Below, one piece after another: positions 19,319 through 30,566 of a DNA stretch of 51,788 nt (position 1 is the stretch's first letter; the number at the start of each line of letters is the position of its first letter). The translations under genes were made by a program, and so were the position numbers. The notes under the pieces are model-generated. The model was not told the origin of the DNA, made no database searches, and worked only from the letters and a program-made list of their open reading frames with translations. Source of the DNA: Bacteroidota bacterium (GTDB taxonomy: Bacteria; Bacteroidota; Bacteroidia; Bacteroidales; Tenuifilaceae); the NCBI GenBank assembly GCA_029558675.1, contig JAKQEF010000039.1, forward strand, positions 1-51,788, in the 5' to 3' direction.

Positions 19319-20926
19319 TCACTGGCTCAGCGCCGATTTCACAAAAGCAACGAATAAAGGATGCGGATTGAGCACAGTGCTTTTATACTCCGGATGGTAT
19401 TGAACACCAACAAACCACTTATGTTTTTCAATCTCAACAATTTCAATCAAACCGGTATCGGGGTTTAAGCCTGTTGCCAGCATTCCAGCTTTTTCAAAGC
19501 TGTCGAGGTACTCATTGTTAAATTCGTACCTATGGCGATGGCGTTCCTTAATTTCAGCTTTTCCATAGGCTTCATACGCCTTGGTTTTCTTTTTCAAAAC
19601 GCAGGTGTATGTCCCCAACCGCACGGTACCACCCTTTTCGGTATTTCCCTTGTGATTTTCCATTAAATCTATAACCGGATACGATGTATGCCTTACCATT
19701 TCAGTGGAGTTGGCATCGGAATAGCCAAGGACGTTTCGGGCAAATTCAATCACTGCGCACTGCATCCCAAGGCCAATACCGAAGAATGGAATGTTATTCT
19801 CGCGGGCATACTTGGCCGCTAATATTTTTCCATCAACCCCCCTATGGCCAAAACCGGGAGCGACTAGTATCCCCTTTAGGTGCCCCAGCTTCCCGCCTGG
19901 GTTTGCCATGTCAATATCTTCGGAATGAATGGACACCAGGTTAACTTTACACTCATTGACAGCTCCGGCATGTATGAGCGCCTCAACGATAGACTTATAG
20001 GCATCGGGCAACTCGGTGTATTTGCCCACTAATCCAATGGTTACCGATTTTTTGGGATTTTTAAGTTTGGCCACAAACTGTTTCCAAATGGTCAAGTCGG
20101 GTTTTGTCCCTTCGGATAGATTCAGCTTATGCAGTACTGTTATATCCAACTTCTCCTTAAGCATGAGCAATGGTACCTCATATATGGTTGAAACATCGAT
20201 GGACTCGATGACTGAATCCATGCTCACGTTGCAAAACAATGAAACTTTCCTTCGAATATCATCGTTCAGGGAATGCTCTGTTCTTAGCACCAACACATCG
20301 GGTTGAATCCCGTTTTCAAGCAATATCTTAACAGAATGTTGAGTGGGCTTGGTTTTCAGTTCACCGGAGGATGCCAGGTAAGGAACCAGGGTAAGGTGTA
20401 TGAATGCCGTATTGGATGCGCCCAACTCCCATTTCAACTGCCTAACCGCTTCAATGTATGGCAGTGATTCGATATCGCCGACCGTTCCTCCAATTTCGGT
20501 AATCACCACGTCAAATTTGTCCTTTGAGCCTACCAGCTTAATCCGCCGCTTTATCTCGTCGGTAACATGGGGTATCACTTGCACCGTTTTCCCAAGGTAT
20601 TCCCCCTTTCTCTCCTTGTTAATGACAAACTGATATATTTTTCCGGTGGTAACATTATTGGCCTGAGTGGTATAGGTATTTAAAAACCGCTCGTAATGGC
20701 CGAGGTCAAGATCGGTTTCGGCTCCATCCTCTGTGACAAAGCACTCGCCATGTTCGTAGGGGTTTAACGTGCCGGGGTCAACATTAATATAAGGATCGAG
20801 TTTTTGTATGGTAACCTTGTAGCCTCTGCTTTGCAAAAGCATGGCCAGCGATGACGAGATAATCCCCTTACCCAGCGAGGAGGTCACCCCTCCGGTAACA
20901 AAAATATACTTGGTATGTTGAGGCAT
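19319..20926 (-). CDS. pyrG: CTP synthase
   Basis: 535 aa. It has the N-terminal [16 protein letters not shown] and the GATase active-site region [12 protein letters not shown]. Confidence 0.95.
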   Translation of the reverse strand: MPQHTKYIFVTGGVTSSLGKGIISSSLAMLLQSRGYKVTIQKLDPYINVDPGTLNPYEHGECFVTEDGAETDLDLGHYERFLNTYTTQANNVTTGKIYQFVINKERKGEYLGKTVQVIPHVTDEIKRRIKLVGSKDKFDVVITEIGGTVGDIESLPYIEAVRQLKWELGASNTAFIHLTLVPYLASSGELKTKPTQHSVKILLENGIQPDVLVLRTEHSLNDDIRRKVSLFCNVSMDSVIESIDVSTIYEVPLLMLKEKLDITVLHKLNLSEGTKPDLTIWKQFVAKLKNPKKSVTIGLVGKYTELPDAYKSIVEALIHAGAVNECKVNLVSIHSEDIDMANPGGKLGHLKGILVAPGFGHRGVDGKILAAKYARENNIPFFGIGLGMQCAVIEFARNVLGYSDANSTEMVRHTSYPVIDLMENHKGNTEKGGTVRLGTYTCVLKKKTKAYEAYGKAEIKERHRHRYEFNNEYLDSFEKAGMLATGLNPDTGLIEIVEIEKHKWFVGVQYHPEYKSTVLNPHPLFVAFVKSALSQ

Positions 20927-20950
20927 AGTATTTAGGAAAAAAGGTTTCTG

Positions 20951-23188
20951 TTATGCTTGATCAATGCTATCAATCATCCGTATCTTTTCCTCTATCACCT
21001 TTAGCTCTTTGCGTGCCTTTTCAATCTTATTCTCTACCTCTTTAATCAGCTGTTCGGCCTTTTTCGATTTGGCGAAAAAGCCAATGTTATTTTCCCAAAG
21101 CACAATGTCGTTTTCCAGCTGTTTCATCTGATTGAAAAGCCTTTCGCGCTCAAACCTAATTTTATTCTCCTGCCTCGGATTACCTTGAATGGTATCGATT
21201 TTAGTTTTAAACTTAAGGATATTCTTTCGGGCATCATCTATTTTCAACCCTTCGAAATGCTTATTGATGGCCTCGCGGTAACTTTTCTGAAGTTCATCCT
21301 TTTTCTTCAAGGGAACAAATCCAATCTCAGCCCAACGGCGCTGAAAATCTTTCAGTGCCTTCAAATTCTCCTCCACATTCTCGGAAAGTTTGTATTGCTG
21401 AATCTCTTCCACCAGGCTCTCTTTCGCCTTAAGGTTTACAACATATTGATTGTCAACTTGTGAGAAGTGTTTCGATTTGTTTTCGAAGAACCAGTCGCAG
21501 GCACCTCTGAACCGTCTCCAAACCTCTTCGCTGTGTTTCCGTGGCACAGGCCCAATCTCTTTCCAGCGTTTTTGTAGGTTAATCAGCTCATCAGAAGTTC
21601 TTTTCCACTCCGTGCTCTCTTTAAGAGCCTCTGCCTGCATGCAAAGTTCAGTTTTTAGCTGTAGATTGCTCAGCTGCTCCTCCTTTGAATCTTTGTAAAA
21701 CTCGCGTTTGTTATTGAAAAACTGATCGCATGCCGTACGGAATCTATCGTATATTTTATTGTTGTCTTTCTTGGGAGCAAAACCGATAGTCTTCCACACC
21801 TGCTGCAACTCAATCATCTCATTGGTGTACTTGTTCCACTCTTTGGCAGAATTAATGACTTTTGCAGCCAGTTCCTCGGCTTTCTCGCATAACACAAGTT
21901 TGGCCTCAAGGTTGACCTTTTGATTCTCTCGCAGCGATTCAAAGTGCTCCTGGTGTTTCTTGTTGATGGTAGAGGTAACGCCTTTAAACCTTTCCCATAT
22001 CTCGGTTCTATTTTCTCCGGGAACAGGGCCAATCTCTCTCCACTGATTATGTAATTTCTGCAGTTTCTTAAAGGCTACAATTACCGATGGTTCAAGGAGC
22101 AATTCCTCTGCTTTTTCGCACAGCAAGATCTTTTCGTCAAGGTTACGTTTCAAATCGAGATCGCGTAATTCCTTGTTAATCTTTACATAATCGTAAAATG
22201 ACTGAACGTGATGATGGTAGGTTTCCCACAGATCGTTAAGATTGGCCTGTGGGACAGGTCCAATTTCGCGCCACTTCCTTTGCAATTCCCTGAAATCCTG
22301 GAAAGTTTGATTGACAGATTCATTACGGTTAACCAAATCCTTAATCTGCTCAATGATATTCTGCTTTTCTTCAAGGTTAGTAACCTTCTGTACCTCTAAG
22401 TCCCTGTTATGCTGCGACTTTAATTCTCGATACTGTTTTAACAGCTCCTTAATCTGGGGCTCCATTGGGTCTTCAGGAGCTTCGAATTCTACTATGTCAC
22501 CGCCCGCTTCAACCCATTCCTTGCGTTTCTTTTCAAAATCGGCCTTGTGTTTTTTATAAAAATTTATCTTAATGCTCTCAACATCTGCCCTTATTTTCTG
22601 GATTGGGCTTGAAGTAAGCAGCTGTGATAATCTATCTACCAGTTCCTCGCGCGATAAGAGAGAATAATCGACCAGCTCATTCTCACCAGCCTCCTCTATA
22701 TCTTCATCCTCAGCATCGTCCTCTTCCGCATCCTCGAATTCGGATATTTCTTCCAAAACGTTATCGATTGAACCAATATCCATCTCTTCTGTTTGCTGGA
22801 CTTCGCCCGTAGGCAGTGCATCTTTTACACTTTCTGTAGAGCTGTCAACCTGCTCGGTCTTTATAGCGGCATTATCCGTTGTTGCCTCTTCCAAAGGTTT
22901 TTCAGCCTCTGTTTTTGTCTTGGCCTTAGTTTTTTTAACCTTAGCATCAGGGGCTTTTTCTTTGGATTTAGGTTCAGCCTGAGCAGTTGCCTTTTTGGCT
23001 GAGCTGGCAGTTTTCGTAGTGGTTTTCCTGGTTGAACTTGTAGCCTTTTTGGTAACTTTCTGCTTCTTAGTGCCTTCAGCATCAGGCGAGAGAGGCTGGT
23101 CTGCCATTGGTTCAGTCTTTTCCACATTATCTTCGGCATTGCCGAACTGATCGTTTACGATCGGATCCTTCTGGTTGTCGATTTCCAT
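20951..23188 (-). CDS. DUF349 domain-containing protein
   Basis: 745 aa. Five copies of the DUF349 hallmark W(R/K)xIG(P/F)(V/A)P are spaced about 70-75 aa apart. The N-terminal tail is rich in K, T and A. Confidence 0.8.
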   Translation of the reverse strand: MEIDNQKDPIVNDQFGNAEDNVEKTEPMADQPLSPDAEGTKKQKVTKKATSSTRKTTTKTASSAKKATAQAEPKSKEKAPDAKVKKTKAKTKTEAEKPLEEATTDNAAIKTEQVDSSTESVKDALPTGEVQQTEEMDIGSIDNVLEEISEFEDAEEDDAEDEDIEEAGENELVDYSLLSREELVDRLSQLLTSSPIQKIRADVESIKINFYKKHKADFEKKRKEWVEAGGDIVEFEAPEDPMEPQIKELLKQYRELKSQHNRDLEVQKVTNLEEKQNIIEQIKDLVNRNESVNQTFQDFRELQRKWREIGPVPQANLNDLWETYHHHVQSFYDYVKINKELRDLDLKRNLDEKILLCEKAEELLLEPSVIVAFKKLQKLHNQWREIGPVPGENRTEIWERFKGVTSTINKKHQEHFESLRENQKVNLEAKLVLCEKAEELAAKVINSAKEWNKYTNEMIELQQVWKTIGFAPKKDNNKIYDRFRTACDQFFNNKREFYKDSKEEQLSNLQLKTELCMQAEALKESTEWKRTSDELINLQKRWKEIGPVPRKHSEEVWRRFRGACDWFFENKSKHFSQVDNQYVVNLKAKESLVEEIQQYKLSENVEENLKALKDFQRRWAEIGFVPLKKKDELQKSYREAINKHFEGLKIDDARKNILKFKTKIDTIQGNPRQENKIRFERERLFNQMKQLENDIVLWENNIGFFAKSKKAEQLIKEVENKIEKARKELKVIEEKIRMIDSIDQA

Positions 23189-23343
23189 GAGATAGAGTAT
23201 TATCTTCCTTACATTTCAGTCAATGAACTAGCGAAAGCCGGTTCGTTTTCAGCCCACGAAAATAAGGAATATGTGCTAATACTCAAAGATTTTTATGAAA
23301 AAACCTTTTTCTCCAGAAAAAGAAATCAATGCATGACATCAAT

Positions 23344-23386
23344 AAAAAAACCCACAGGCCGATTTAAAAACCAATCTGCCTGTGGG
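23344..23386 (-). terminator. Rho-independent terminator after the hsp20 gene
   Basis: A 9-bp stem (CCCACAGGC/GCCTGTGGG) is followed by a T7 run on the minus strand, about 45 nt after the stop. Confidence 0.65.
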
Positions 23387-23430
23387 TTACCCATGAAAAT
23401 AAACAACCTGTCTATCTGCTATTTGCTCAA

Positions 23431-23877
23431 TTAATTAACGCTAATGCTTCTGGGTGGTTTTTCTATTGCTTCTTCCCTTTTGGGTAGAGTAATGGTTAGA
23501 ATACCATCCTTGCTTGAAGCACCAATTTTTGTCGAATCGATGGCTTTGCCAATATTGAATGATCGTTGGAATTCGCCCACACCAAATTCACAGCGTATGG
23601 CTTTTGTCCCGTCTTCACTCTTAACCTCGGGGTTTGCCGAAATGGTCAGCACGTCTTTCTCCACATTAATGGAAAAATCTTTCTTGGTGTACCCGGGGGC
23701 TGCAAGTTCAATCCTGAACTGTTTGGGCTCTTCGTAAATATTTACTGCCGGAGTGTTTGCACACTCTTCAGCATACCTGTTAAACGCTCTGGAAAAGCTG
23801 TTAACAAAATCGCGATATTCATCACTTCCTGTGTATGGATTCGCAGCGACTGAACGCTTTGGGATTAATAGTGTCAT
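23431..23877 (-). CDS. Hsp20/alpha-crystallin family small heat-shock protein
   Basis: 148 aa with an alpha-crystallin domain (FRIELAAPGYTKKDFSINVEKDVLTISA ... DGILTITLPK). Confidence 0.9.
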   Translation of the reverse strand: MTLLIPKRSVAANPYTGSDEYRDFVNSFSRAFNRYAEECANTPAVNIYEEPKQFRIELAAPGYTKKDFSINVEKDVLTISANPEVKSEDGTKAIRCEFGVGEFQRSFNIGKAIDSTKIGASSKDGILTITLPKREEAIEKPPRSISVN

Positions 23878-24113
23878 ATTTCAAAATTTTTATTGGTTTA
23901 CTATTTAGATTCATTTTAAACAATGTCCATAAAAAACATTCCAAAACTTAAAATGGGTCAAAATGACACAGCGATATTAAAATTTATGCCTTTTTGTCAA
24001 CGCATTGAAACATTTAAAAAACATTTAAAGCATTTCTCTGCCATCCATACTCTTTAAGCTAAAAACGTGTTGCCATACTTAATCGAATCTGCTCCCTATG
24101 TACAATAATATTG

Positions 24114-24121
24114 TAGCTTTG
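24114..24121 (+). promoter_or_regulatory. Candidate -7 promoter box (TAGCTTTG) for the TonB-dependent receptor gene
   Basis: The sequence matches TAnnTTTG. It lies downstream of the track's ATG at 24098, which argues for the ATG at 24137 as the real start. Confidence 0.35.
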
Positions 24122-24136
24122 CGTTTCATATTAAGT

Positions 24137-26656
24137 ATGCATAATTCGGTTTTAAAATACTTGTTTAAAGTACGGAATGCCCTTTTTTCATACCGTAAGG
24201 TATTTCCGCTATTAATTCTGTTGTCTTTACTCCTGGCCATATACAAGCCTTGTTCGGCCCAAAACAGGATTACGGTGGAAGGGACTGTTGTTAACGATAA
24301 AAACTCTCCCATTCCATTCGCCAACGTTACCATCAAAGGGACTGATCATGGGGTGCCCTGCAATGCCGAAGGGCATTACAGAGTATATGCCACTCCATCC
24401 GATACATTGATTTTGGTATTCTCAGCAATTGGCTACACTCCAACCGAATATACGCTTAAAATTACAGGGGCTTTAAAGTATTCGGCCAACGTAACACTGC
24501 AAACAGCCGTTAGCCATTTGGAAGAAGTGGCGGTGCTATCCACTCAAAGGCATTTTGGGAGCATTGAAAGGATCAGCCCAAAGGATATACAGTTTATCCC
24601 CGATGTATCAGGCAGCTTCGAATCGATATTGAAAACCTTACCCGGCGTATCGTCATCCAATGAGATGAGTTCGCAATACTCGGTTCGGGGAGGCAATTTC
24701 GATGAGAACCTCGTGTACGTTAATGACGTGGAGATTTACCGGTCATTCCTAATCCGCTCGGGGCAACAGGAGGGGCTCAGCTTTATCAACTCCGACATGG
24801 TGGAAGGCATTGAATTCTCTGCCGGGGGTTTTAGCGCCGAATACGGCGATAAAATGTCGTCGGTTTTAAGCATTAAATACCGACAGCCTTTTAAAAACGC
24901 TGCAAGAGCCGATGTCAGTCTACTGGGATTCAACGGATTAGTCGAAGGAGTAGGGAAAAATGGAAAATTTACCCACATAACGGGTGTTAGGTATAAAACT
25001 TCGCAGTACATGCTTTCCTCGCTGGATGTAGGCGGTGAGTACAACCCTTCATTTATCGACTTTCAGTCGAACCTCACATGGCGGTTTTCCTCCTCATTCC
25101 TATTGAGCTTTTTGGGCAACTATTCATCAAACAAGTATCAGTTTATTCCCACGGTTCGCGAAACGCGATTCGGGAGTTTCACCAATGCCTTGCAACTGAA
25201 AGTTTTCTACGAAGGGCAAGAGGTCAACCATTTCGAAACAGCACAGGGTGCCCTTTCCGCCGATTTCCGGCCATCAGAAGATGTGCTGCTTAAGCTGATT
25301 GCATCAAGTTTCAGGGCGCGCGAAGCCGAAACCTTTGATGTCATTGGACAGTATCTCCTCAACGAGCTTGATAACTCTCTGGGATCATCTACCTACGGCG
25401 ACAGCAGTATCAATGTGGGGATAGGCGGATTCATTAACCATGCCCGAAATTATTTGGATGCCAATTTCTATCGTATCGAACACCTGGGAACCTATTCATT
25501 GGATGGAAACACATTGCGTTGGGGGCTAAGACATCAAATGGAGGAAATAAGGGATAGAATCAACGAGTGGGATTTGATCGACTCCTCCGGATACTCAGTG
25601 CCGTACAATGGCAACGATTTAATATTAGCTTACCATCTTCGGTCGTCCAACAATATGTTTAGCCATCGCCTGTCGGGTTTCGTTCAGGATGTTTACAAGT
25701 TTTCAGTAAACAAGTGGGAAATAACAGCCAATGCCGGTATCAGGCTATTATACTGGAGTTTCAATAATGAAACGAATATCAGCCCCCGTGCGTCCATTAT
25801 GCTAAAACCTAACTGGAAACGCAACATTGCTTTTCACCTCTCGGGCGGATCGTACCATCAACCCCCCATGTATAAAGAGTTTAGATATCCCGATGGGAGT
25901 ATCAACCCCAACATTAAATCGCAAAAATCGATACATACAGTACTGGGTATGGAATACCAATTTTTGGCATGGGAAAGGCCTTTCCGCTTTCAAACCGAGG
26001 TGTACTATAAGTATTTCAGCGACCTTATTCCCTATAAAATTGATAACGTCCGAATACAATATGTTGGCGAAAATCTTGCCAAGGGGTATGTCCAGGGCAT
26101 TGATTTTAAAGTGAACGGGGAGTTTGTAAAAGGATCGGAGTCGTGGGCCAGCCTATCGCTAATGCAAACCTACGAGGATGTGGAAAACGATTCGTATGTT
26201 GACCGTAATGGCGTAACCCATTATCCGGGTTACTACCCTCGGCCTACCGATCAGCGGGTGAGCATTGGGCTTTTCTTTCAGGATTTCATTCCCGGGAATC
26301 CTACCTTTCGTGTACACCTAAGCGGTTTTTTTGGCACAGGGCTCCCCTTTAACCCACCCAACTCAACGCGTTACGATGTGTATGCCCGTATGCCAGCGTA
26401 TAAAAGGGTAGATATAGGATTTACGAAAGTGCTAAGGGACAAAATCGGCAACGGAGTGACACCCCATAGGAAATACCCTTGGCTCAAAAGCCTTTGGATA
26501 GGTGCTGAAGTGTTTAACCTATTCGACTTTAAGAATACCATCTCCTACCTATGGGTGCAAACCGTATCGAACCAAAGCAACCAGTCGGGGCAATACGCTG
26601 TACCCAACTATCTCACATCGAGAAGGGTAAACATCAAAATTTCCGCAAACTTTTAG
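24137..26656 (+). CDS. TonB-dependent outer-membrane receptor with an N-terminal CarboxypepD_reg domain
   Basis: It has a signal peptide ending in CSAQ, a carboxypeptidase-regulatory-like domain (ITVEGTVVNDKNSPIPFANVTIKG), a plug and barrel, and a C-terminal aromatic residue (ISANF). The start is uncertain between 24098 and 24137. Confidence 0.8.
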   Translation: MHNSVLKYLFKVRNALFSYRKVFPLLILLSLLLAIYKPCSAQNRITVEGTVVNDKNSPIPFANVTIKGTDHGVPCNAEGHYRVYATPSDTLILVFSAIGYTPTEYTLKITGALKYSANVTLQTAVSHLEEVAVLSTQRHFGSIERISPKDIQFIPDVSGSFESILKTLPGVSSSNEMSSQYSVRGGNFDENLVYVNDVEIYRSFLIRSGQQEGLSFINSDMVEGIEFSAGGFSAEYGDKMSSVLSIKYRQPFKNAARADVSLLGFNGLVEGVGKNGKFTHITGVRYKTSQYMLSSLDVGGEYNPSFIDFQSNLTWRFSSSFLLSFLGNYSSNKYQFIPTVRETRFGSFTNALQLKVFYEGQEVNHFETAQGALSADFRPSEDVLLKLIASSFRAREAETFDVIGQYLLNELDNSLGSSTYGDSSINVGIGGFINHARNYLDANFYRIEHLGTYSLDGNTLRWGLRHQMEEIRDRINEWDLIDSSGYSVPYNGNDLILAYHLRSSNNMFSHRLSGFVQDVYKFSVNKWEITANAGIRLLYWSFNNETNISPRASIMLKPNWKRNIAFHLSGGSYHQPPMYKEFRYPDGSINPNIKSQKSIHTVLGMEYQFLAWERPFRFQTEVYYKYFSDLIPYKIDNVRIQYVGENLAKGYVQGIDFKVNGEFVKGSESWASLSLMQTYEDVENDSYVDRNGVTHYPGYYPRPTDQRVSIGLFFQDFIPGNPTFRVHLSGFFGTGLPFNPPNSTRYDVYARMPAYKRVDIGFTKVLRDKIGNGVTPHRKYPWLKSLWIGAEVFNLFDFKNTISYLWVQTVSNQSNQSGQYAVPNYLTSRRVNIKISANF

Positions 26657-26815
26657 CAATAACAGCGCTATTGGGATTGCCGCTAACGACTTCAATGGTA
26701 TTCCCATTTTTTCTTCCTATAAAAGGCGTAACCATTACAAAATCCATTTATTTATGATATATTGCGGAAATTTTATTCCGATCGTCACGCTCACTTAATT
26801 TTTAACCGGAACTGT

Positions 26816-27640
26816 ATGCAATTGAGCTATATTCAAAAAGGTTTCTTCAAATGGCCTATTGATGTATCAATTTTATCAGTAAAAACAGTTTCTCTCACAG
26901 GCAGTACACTGCTTTGGCTGGTTATAATTACTCTCGGTGTAGCCTTTACAGGTTCGTTGCTAATCATTCTGCTGTTGAAGCGAAGGTATCAGCGAAAGAT
27001 CACTGAGTTGGAACATAGGTTCCTTCTTGTTCACATGGATCCTCACTTTATATTCAACTCGCTGACGGCAATTCAAAACTACATCTTCAAAAACGATCCA
27101 TATCAAGCCACCCGATACTTTTCGAGTTTTTCAAAGCTGGTCAGATTGATTCTTGAGAATTCGCAAAAAGATTTTATTTCCATCGCTCACGAGGTGGAAA
27201 CACTGACACTATATTTAGAATTACAAAAGTTAAGGTTTGGTGATAAATTTGAGTTTACCATAACAGTAGATACCGATATTGATACTGAGCACCATACCAT
27301 ACCCCCAATGCTTGCCCAACCGTTCATCGAGAATGCCATTGAGCGCGGATCGGTCCACATGGGCAAAAGGGGATCTATCAACATCAGGTTCATCTTGAGA
27401 GGATCCAACATACTCTTTGAAGTGGAAGATAATGGCGGGGAGTACCCAACATCAAATGCCAATCAGCTAAAGTTGAAAAAAGAGTTTGAGGCTCATGCCT
27501 ATAGGATATCCAAAGATAGGCTTCTGAATTTGGGGAAAATTTTCCATCGGAAATATAAGGTGGAAATCAAGGATTTAGCGCAGGTTGCGGATAAGGGCAG
27601 ACAGGGCACGCTCATCAGATTTACCTTACCCATACATTAA
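26816..27640 (+). CDS. LytS-type sensor histidine kinase (His_kinase + HATPase)
   Basis: A TM segment is followed by HMDPHFIFNSLTAIQNYI (LytS/YehU-type H-box) and PPMLAQPFIENAIERG. The start is uncertain: TTG at 26762 in the track, or ATG at 26816. Confidence 0.7.
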   Translation: MQLSYIQKGFFKWPIDVSILSVKTVSLTGSTLLWLVIITLGVAFTGSLLIILLLKRRYQRKITELEHRFLLVHMDPHFIFNSLTAIQNYIFKNDPYQATRYFSSFSKLVRLILENSQKDFISIAHEVETLTLYLELQKLRFGDKFEFTITVDTDIDTEHHTIPPMLAQPFIENAIERGSVHMGKRGSINIRFILRGSNILFEVEDNGGEYPTSNANQLKLKKEFEAHAYRISKDRLLNLGKIFHRKYKVEIKDLAQVADKGRQGTLIRFTLPIH

Positions 27641-27658
27641 ACTAAAGATTCAACAATT

Positions 27659-28420
27659 ATGACAACCGCAGTTATTATTGATGATGAAGCACCGGCACGG
27701 GATGCCCTCAACAGTATGCTGCAGCATTTTTGTCCAAATGTTAAGGTAACTGGACAGGCACATAATGTTGAGTCAGGCTACAGCCTGATATTATCGCAAA
27801 AGCCCGAGGTTGTCTTTTTGGACATTCAAATGTCCGATGGGACGGGCTTCGATTTGCTGAACAAATTCAGCTCCATCGATTTTAAGTTTATCATCGTCAC
27901 TGCCTACCAAGAGTTTGCCATACAGGCATTCCGTTTTAGCGCCATAGATTTTCTCCTCAAGCCCATAGACCCCAACGAGCTGATTATGGCAGTAGAGAAA
28001 TTGAACGAAACCATTCGCGAGGAGGAGATTAACCAGAAATTCCAGGCCCTTATCGAAAATATCCAATCCGAAGCAAAAGCCCCTCAGAAGATCATACTCA
28101 AAACATTTGAATCGGTACTGGTTGTAAACAGGGAAGAAATAGTACGTTGCGAATCGCACAACAACTACACCATGTTTTACTTTGCTCACAAGCCCAAGGT
28201 TTTGGTTTCCACAACATTGAAAGAATTCGACGACATGCTCTCCTCCTCAGGTTTTTTCAGAACCCATCAATCGCATTTGGTAAACCTAAGCTACGTACAA
28301 AACTACCGGCGTTTTCCCGAGAGCGTTGTTATACTGCTGGATGGAACTACTATTCCGGTTTCGGTCAGGAAAAGAGAATTATTGACGACTTTGCTAAAAA
28401 AATTTCACAAGAAGAGTTAG
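27659..28420 (+). CDS. LytR/AlgR-family response regulator (receiver + LytTR DNA-binding domain)
   Basis: 253 aa. The receiver domain has VVFLDIQMSDGTGFDL, and the LytTR domain has FFRTHQSHLVNLSYV. Confidence 0.9.
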   Translation: MTTAVIIDDEAPARDALNSMLQHFCPNVKVTGQAHNVESGYSLILSQKPEVVFLDIQMSDGTGFDLLNKFSSIDFKFIIVTAYQEFAIQAFRFSAIDFLLKPIDPNELIMAVEKLNETIREEEINQKFQALIENIQSEAKAPQKIILKTFESVLVVNREEIVRCESHNNYTMFYFAHKPKVLVSTTLKEFDDMLSSSGFFRTHQSHLVNLSYVQNYRRFPESVVILLDGTTIPVSVRKRELLTTLLKKFHKKS

Positions 28421-28543
28421 TGAAATTTGAGGCAATTAAGCTATACTATTCCACTAAACAATATGATAAAATATGTGAATATTAAGATATTTCTTGAATA
28501 TTAATATTCGTAACTTGTCAAAAACAAAAGGCTTTTGGCAGGT

Positions 28544-30493
28544 ATGAGATTTGCTAAATACGTAGTATTATTTTTTGCCTGTATCGCAGGAAATTATATA
28601 GGTTTTTCCCATGATGATGTAACTTCTCCACAGATTGATAATAACCTTATTGACTCGCTAAATAACCTTGCCTATACTCATCGCAGGAGTAATCCAAAAC
28701 TTTCCCTTGAGCATGCCATAGAAGCCTACGAACTATCCAGTAAAACAAATTATATACAAGGGCTTGCCAATGCCATCCACCATAAAGGAACAGCATTAGC
28801 AGTTTTGGGAAGGTATGAATTAGCGCTGATTGATCTACTTGAAGCTTCAAAAATCAGGGAACAGATTGGCGATAATTCCGGCCTAGTTGCAACGTATAAC
28901 AACATCGGACACGTCCAATCGGAGATGGGGTACAGCGACGAAGCATTGCATTACTTTGAGAAATCGCTTAAATGCAGCAAAGAATTATCTCCTATCCCTG
29001 ATATCGGGGTTACGTTAAATAACATCGGCTGGGTATATTTTCGTAAAAACAAGCTGGATCTGGCATTAACCTACTTTTACCAGGCATTGTCAGCCAATGA
29101 GTCAACTAACGATATTAGAGGTATTGGAGCCAGCAAGGGCAATATAGGCACCATATACAGGCATATGGGAGATTTCAAAAAGGGATTGGGATACCATTAT
29201 CAAGCCCTCGATAACGCGCAGCAATTCGATGATAAATACTGGGAAATTATAACCCTTAGGGAGATTTCAAAAGATTACCACTCAGCCAACCAATTAGAGA
29301 AATCCATTGAATTTGCTAGCAGGAGTCTTGAGTTGGCAAGGGCACTGGGCTTTCATGTCGAAGAAAGGAATACGTTGGCCTGGCTGGCGTCTATCCACGA
29401 GACCAACCATCACTTTAAAAATGCCGCACGGTTTTACAGAATGGTTAACCATCTCAGCGATAGCCTCTTTAGATTAGAGAGGGCTGAAATACAGAGCCAA
29501 TTTTTCACTGTTTATGAATTTCAAGCTCAGGTTAAAGAGAATCAACTATTACAAATGGAGCAGGAGATTAACTCGAAGATAATCAGGAATCAGAAATATT
29601 TTCTATTCCTCTCTTTTGCTTTAATTATCATTAGCCTTGTTTTTACAGTCTATATCATTACAACCAACAAAAAGATGAAGATTGCAAACCTGCAGTTAAA
29701 GGATAAGAATTGTGAGATTGAACAGCAAAAGGAGGTTATACAACAAAAAGTTCAAGCTATAGAGGAAAAAAACAGGGAACTCGAAAAAATTAACCAGATT
29801 AAAGACAAGTTAATAGCCGTAATTGCACACGATTTAAAGAATCCTTTCAACAACATCTCCGGATATTCCGAAATTTTAGCTTCACGTTACGATTCCTTCG
29901 AAAAGAAGGAAGTTCAAGAATTTCTGAAAATTATCAACGAGAGCTCAGCCAAGGGTAATTATTTACTTGACAATCTATTACAATGGTATCGACTTCAAAC
30001 CATGAGTTTACAGTTTCTTCCATTGAAACTTAACCTTCGCAACATAGTAGAAAACGAACTGCTTTTCTTTACTAGCATTGCACAGGACAGGGGAATTAAT
30101 ATTATTAACTCCATACCACAGGAGGTTACTATTCATGCCGATTCCAATATGCTCAAAACGATTATCCGTAACCTAGTGAGCAATGCCATTAAGCATACCG
30201 AAACCGGTGGAAAAATCTCCCTTACGTCTTCGTCTGACCATCGCGAGGTAACCGTTGTGGTTGAAGATACCGGGTCGGGGATTGAACCTTCGATTAAGGA
30301 CAAACTTTTTACGGGCCGGCATGGCATTACGTCCACCGGTCAAAGCGGAGAAAAGGGAACGGGACTTGGCCTAATCCTCTGCAAAGACTTTGTGGAGATG
30401 CACCACGGCAGAATATGGGTGGAAAGCGAGCCCGGTAAGGGGGCAAAATTCTTTTTCACCCTGCCAATCCCCGAAGATACGGAGCAAGAATAG
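28544..30493 (+). CDS. TPR-repeat sensor histidine kinase (HisKA + HATPase_c)
   Basis: It has an N-terminal signal/TM segment, multiple TPR-like repeats, a coiled coil and a TM segment. The H-box is IAHDLKNPFNNISGYSEIL, the N-box is NLVSNAIKHT and the G-box is GTGLGL. I use the ATG at 28544; the track has a TTG at 28535. Confidence 0.8.
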   Translation: MRFAKYVVLFFACIAGNYIGFSHDDVTSPQIDNNLIDSLNNLAYTHRRSNPKLSLEHAIEAYELSSKTNYIQGLANAIHHKGTALAVLGRYELALIDLLEASKIREQIGDNSGLVATYNNIGHVQSEMGYSDEALHYFEKSLKCSKELSPIPDIGVTLNNIGWVYFRKNKLDLALTYFYQALSANESTNDIRGIGASKGNIGTIYRHMGDFKKGLGYHYQALDNAQQFDDKYWEIITLREISKDYHSANQLEKSIEFASRSLELARALGFHVEERNTLAWLASIHETNHHFKNAARFYRMVNHLSDSLFRLERAEIQSQFFTVYEFQAQVKENQLLQMEQEINSKIIRNQKYFLFLSFALIIISLVFTVYIITTNKKMKIANLQLKDKNCEIEQQKEVIQQKVQAIEEKNRELEKINQIKDKLIAVIAHDLKNPFNNISGYSEILASRYDSFEKKEVQEFLKIINESSAKGNYLLDNLLQWYRLQTMSLQFLPLKLNLRNIVENELLFFTSIAQDRGINIINSIPQEVTIHADSNMLKTIIRNLVSNAIKHTETGGKISLTSSSDHREVTVVVEDTGSGIEPSIKDKLFTGRHGITSTGQSGEKGTGLGLILCKDFVEMHHGRIWVESEPGKGAKFFFTLPIPEDTEQE

Positions 30494-30566
30494 CCCACAC
30501 CACCCGGCCTCATGAAGTGATGCCATATTTTACTATGCTTTCCCCTTTTCACGTGAGAGACTATAT

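Noticed and set aside
23930-23990. E. coli-like TTGACA ... TAATAT arrangement on the minus strand upstream of hsp20, considered as a sigma-70/heat-shock-type promoter.
   Set aside because: The spacing is about 15 nt, which is short. Bacteroidota sigma-A uses a different consensus, and I cannot support the call without TSS data.
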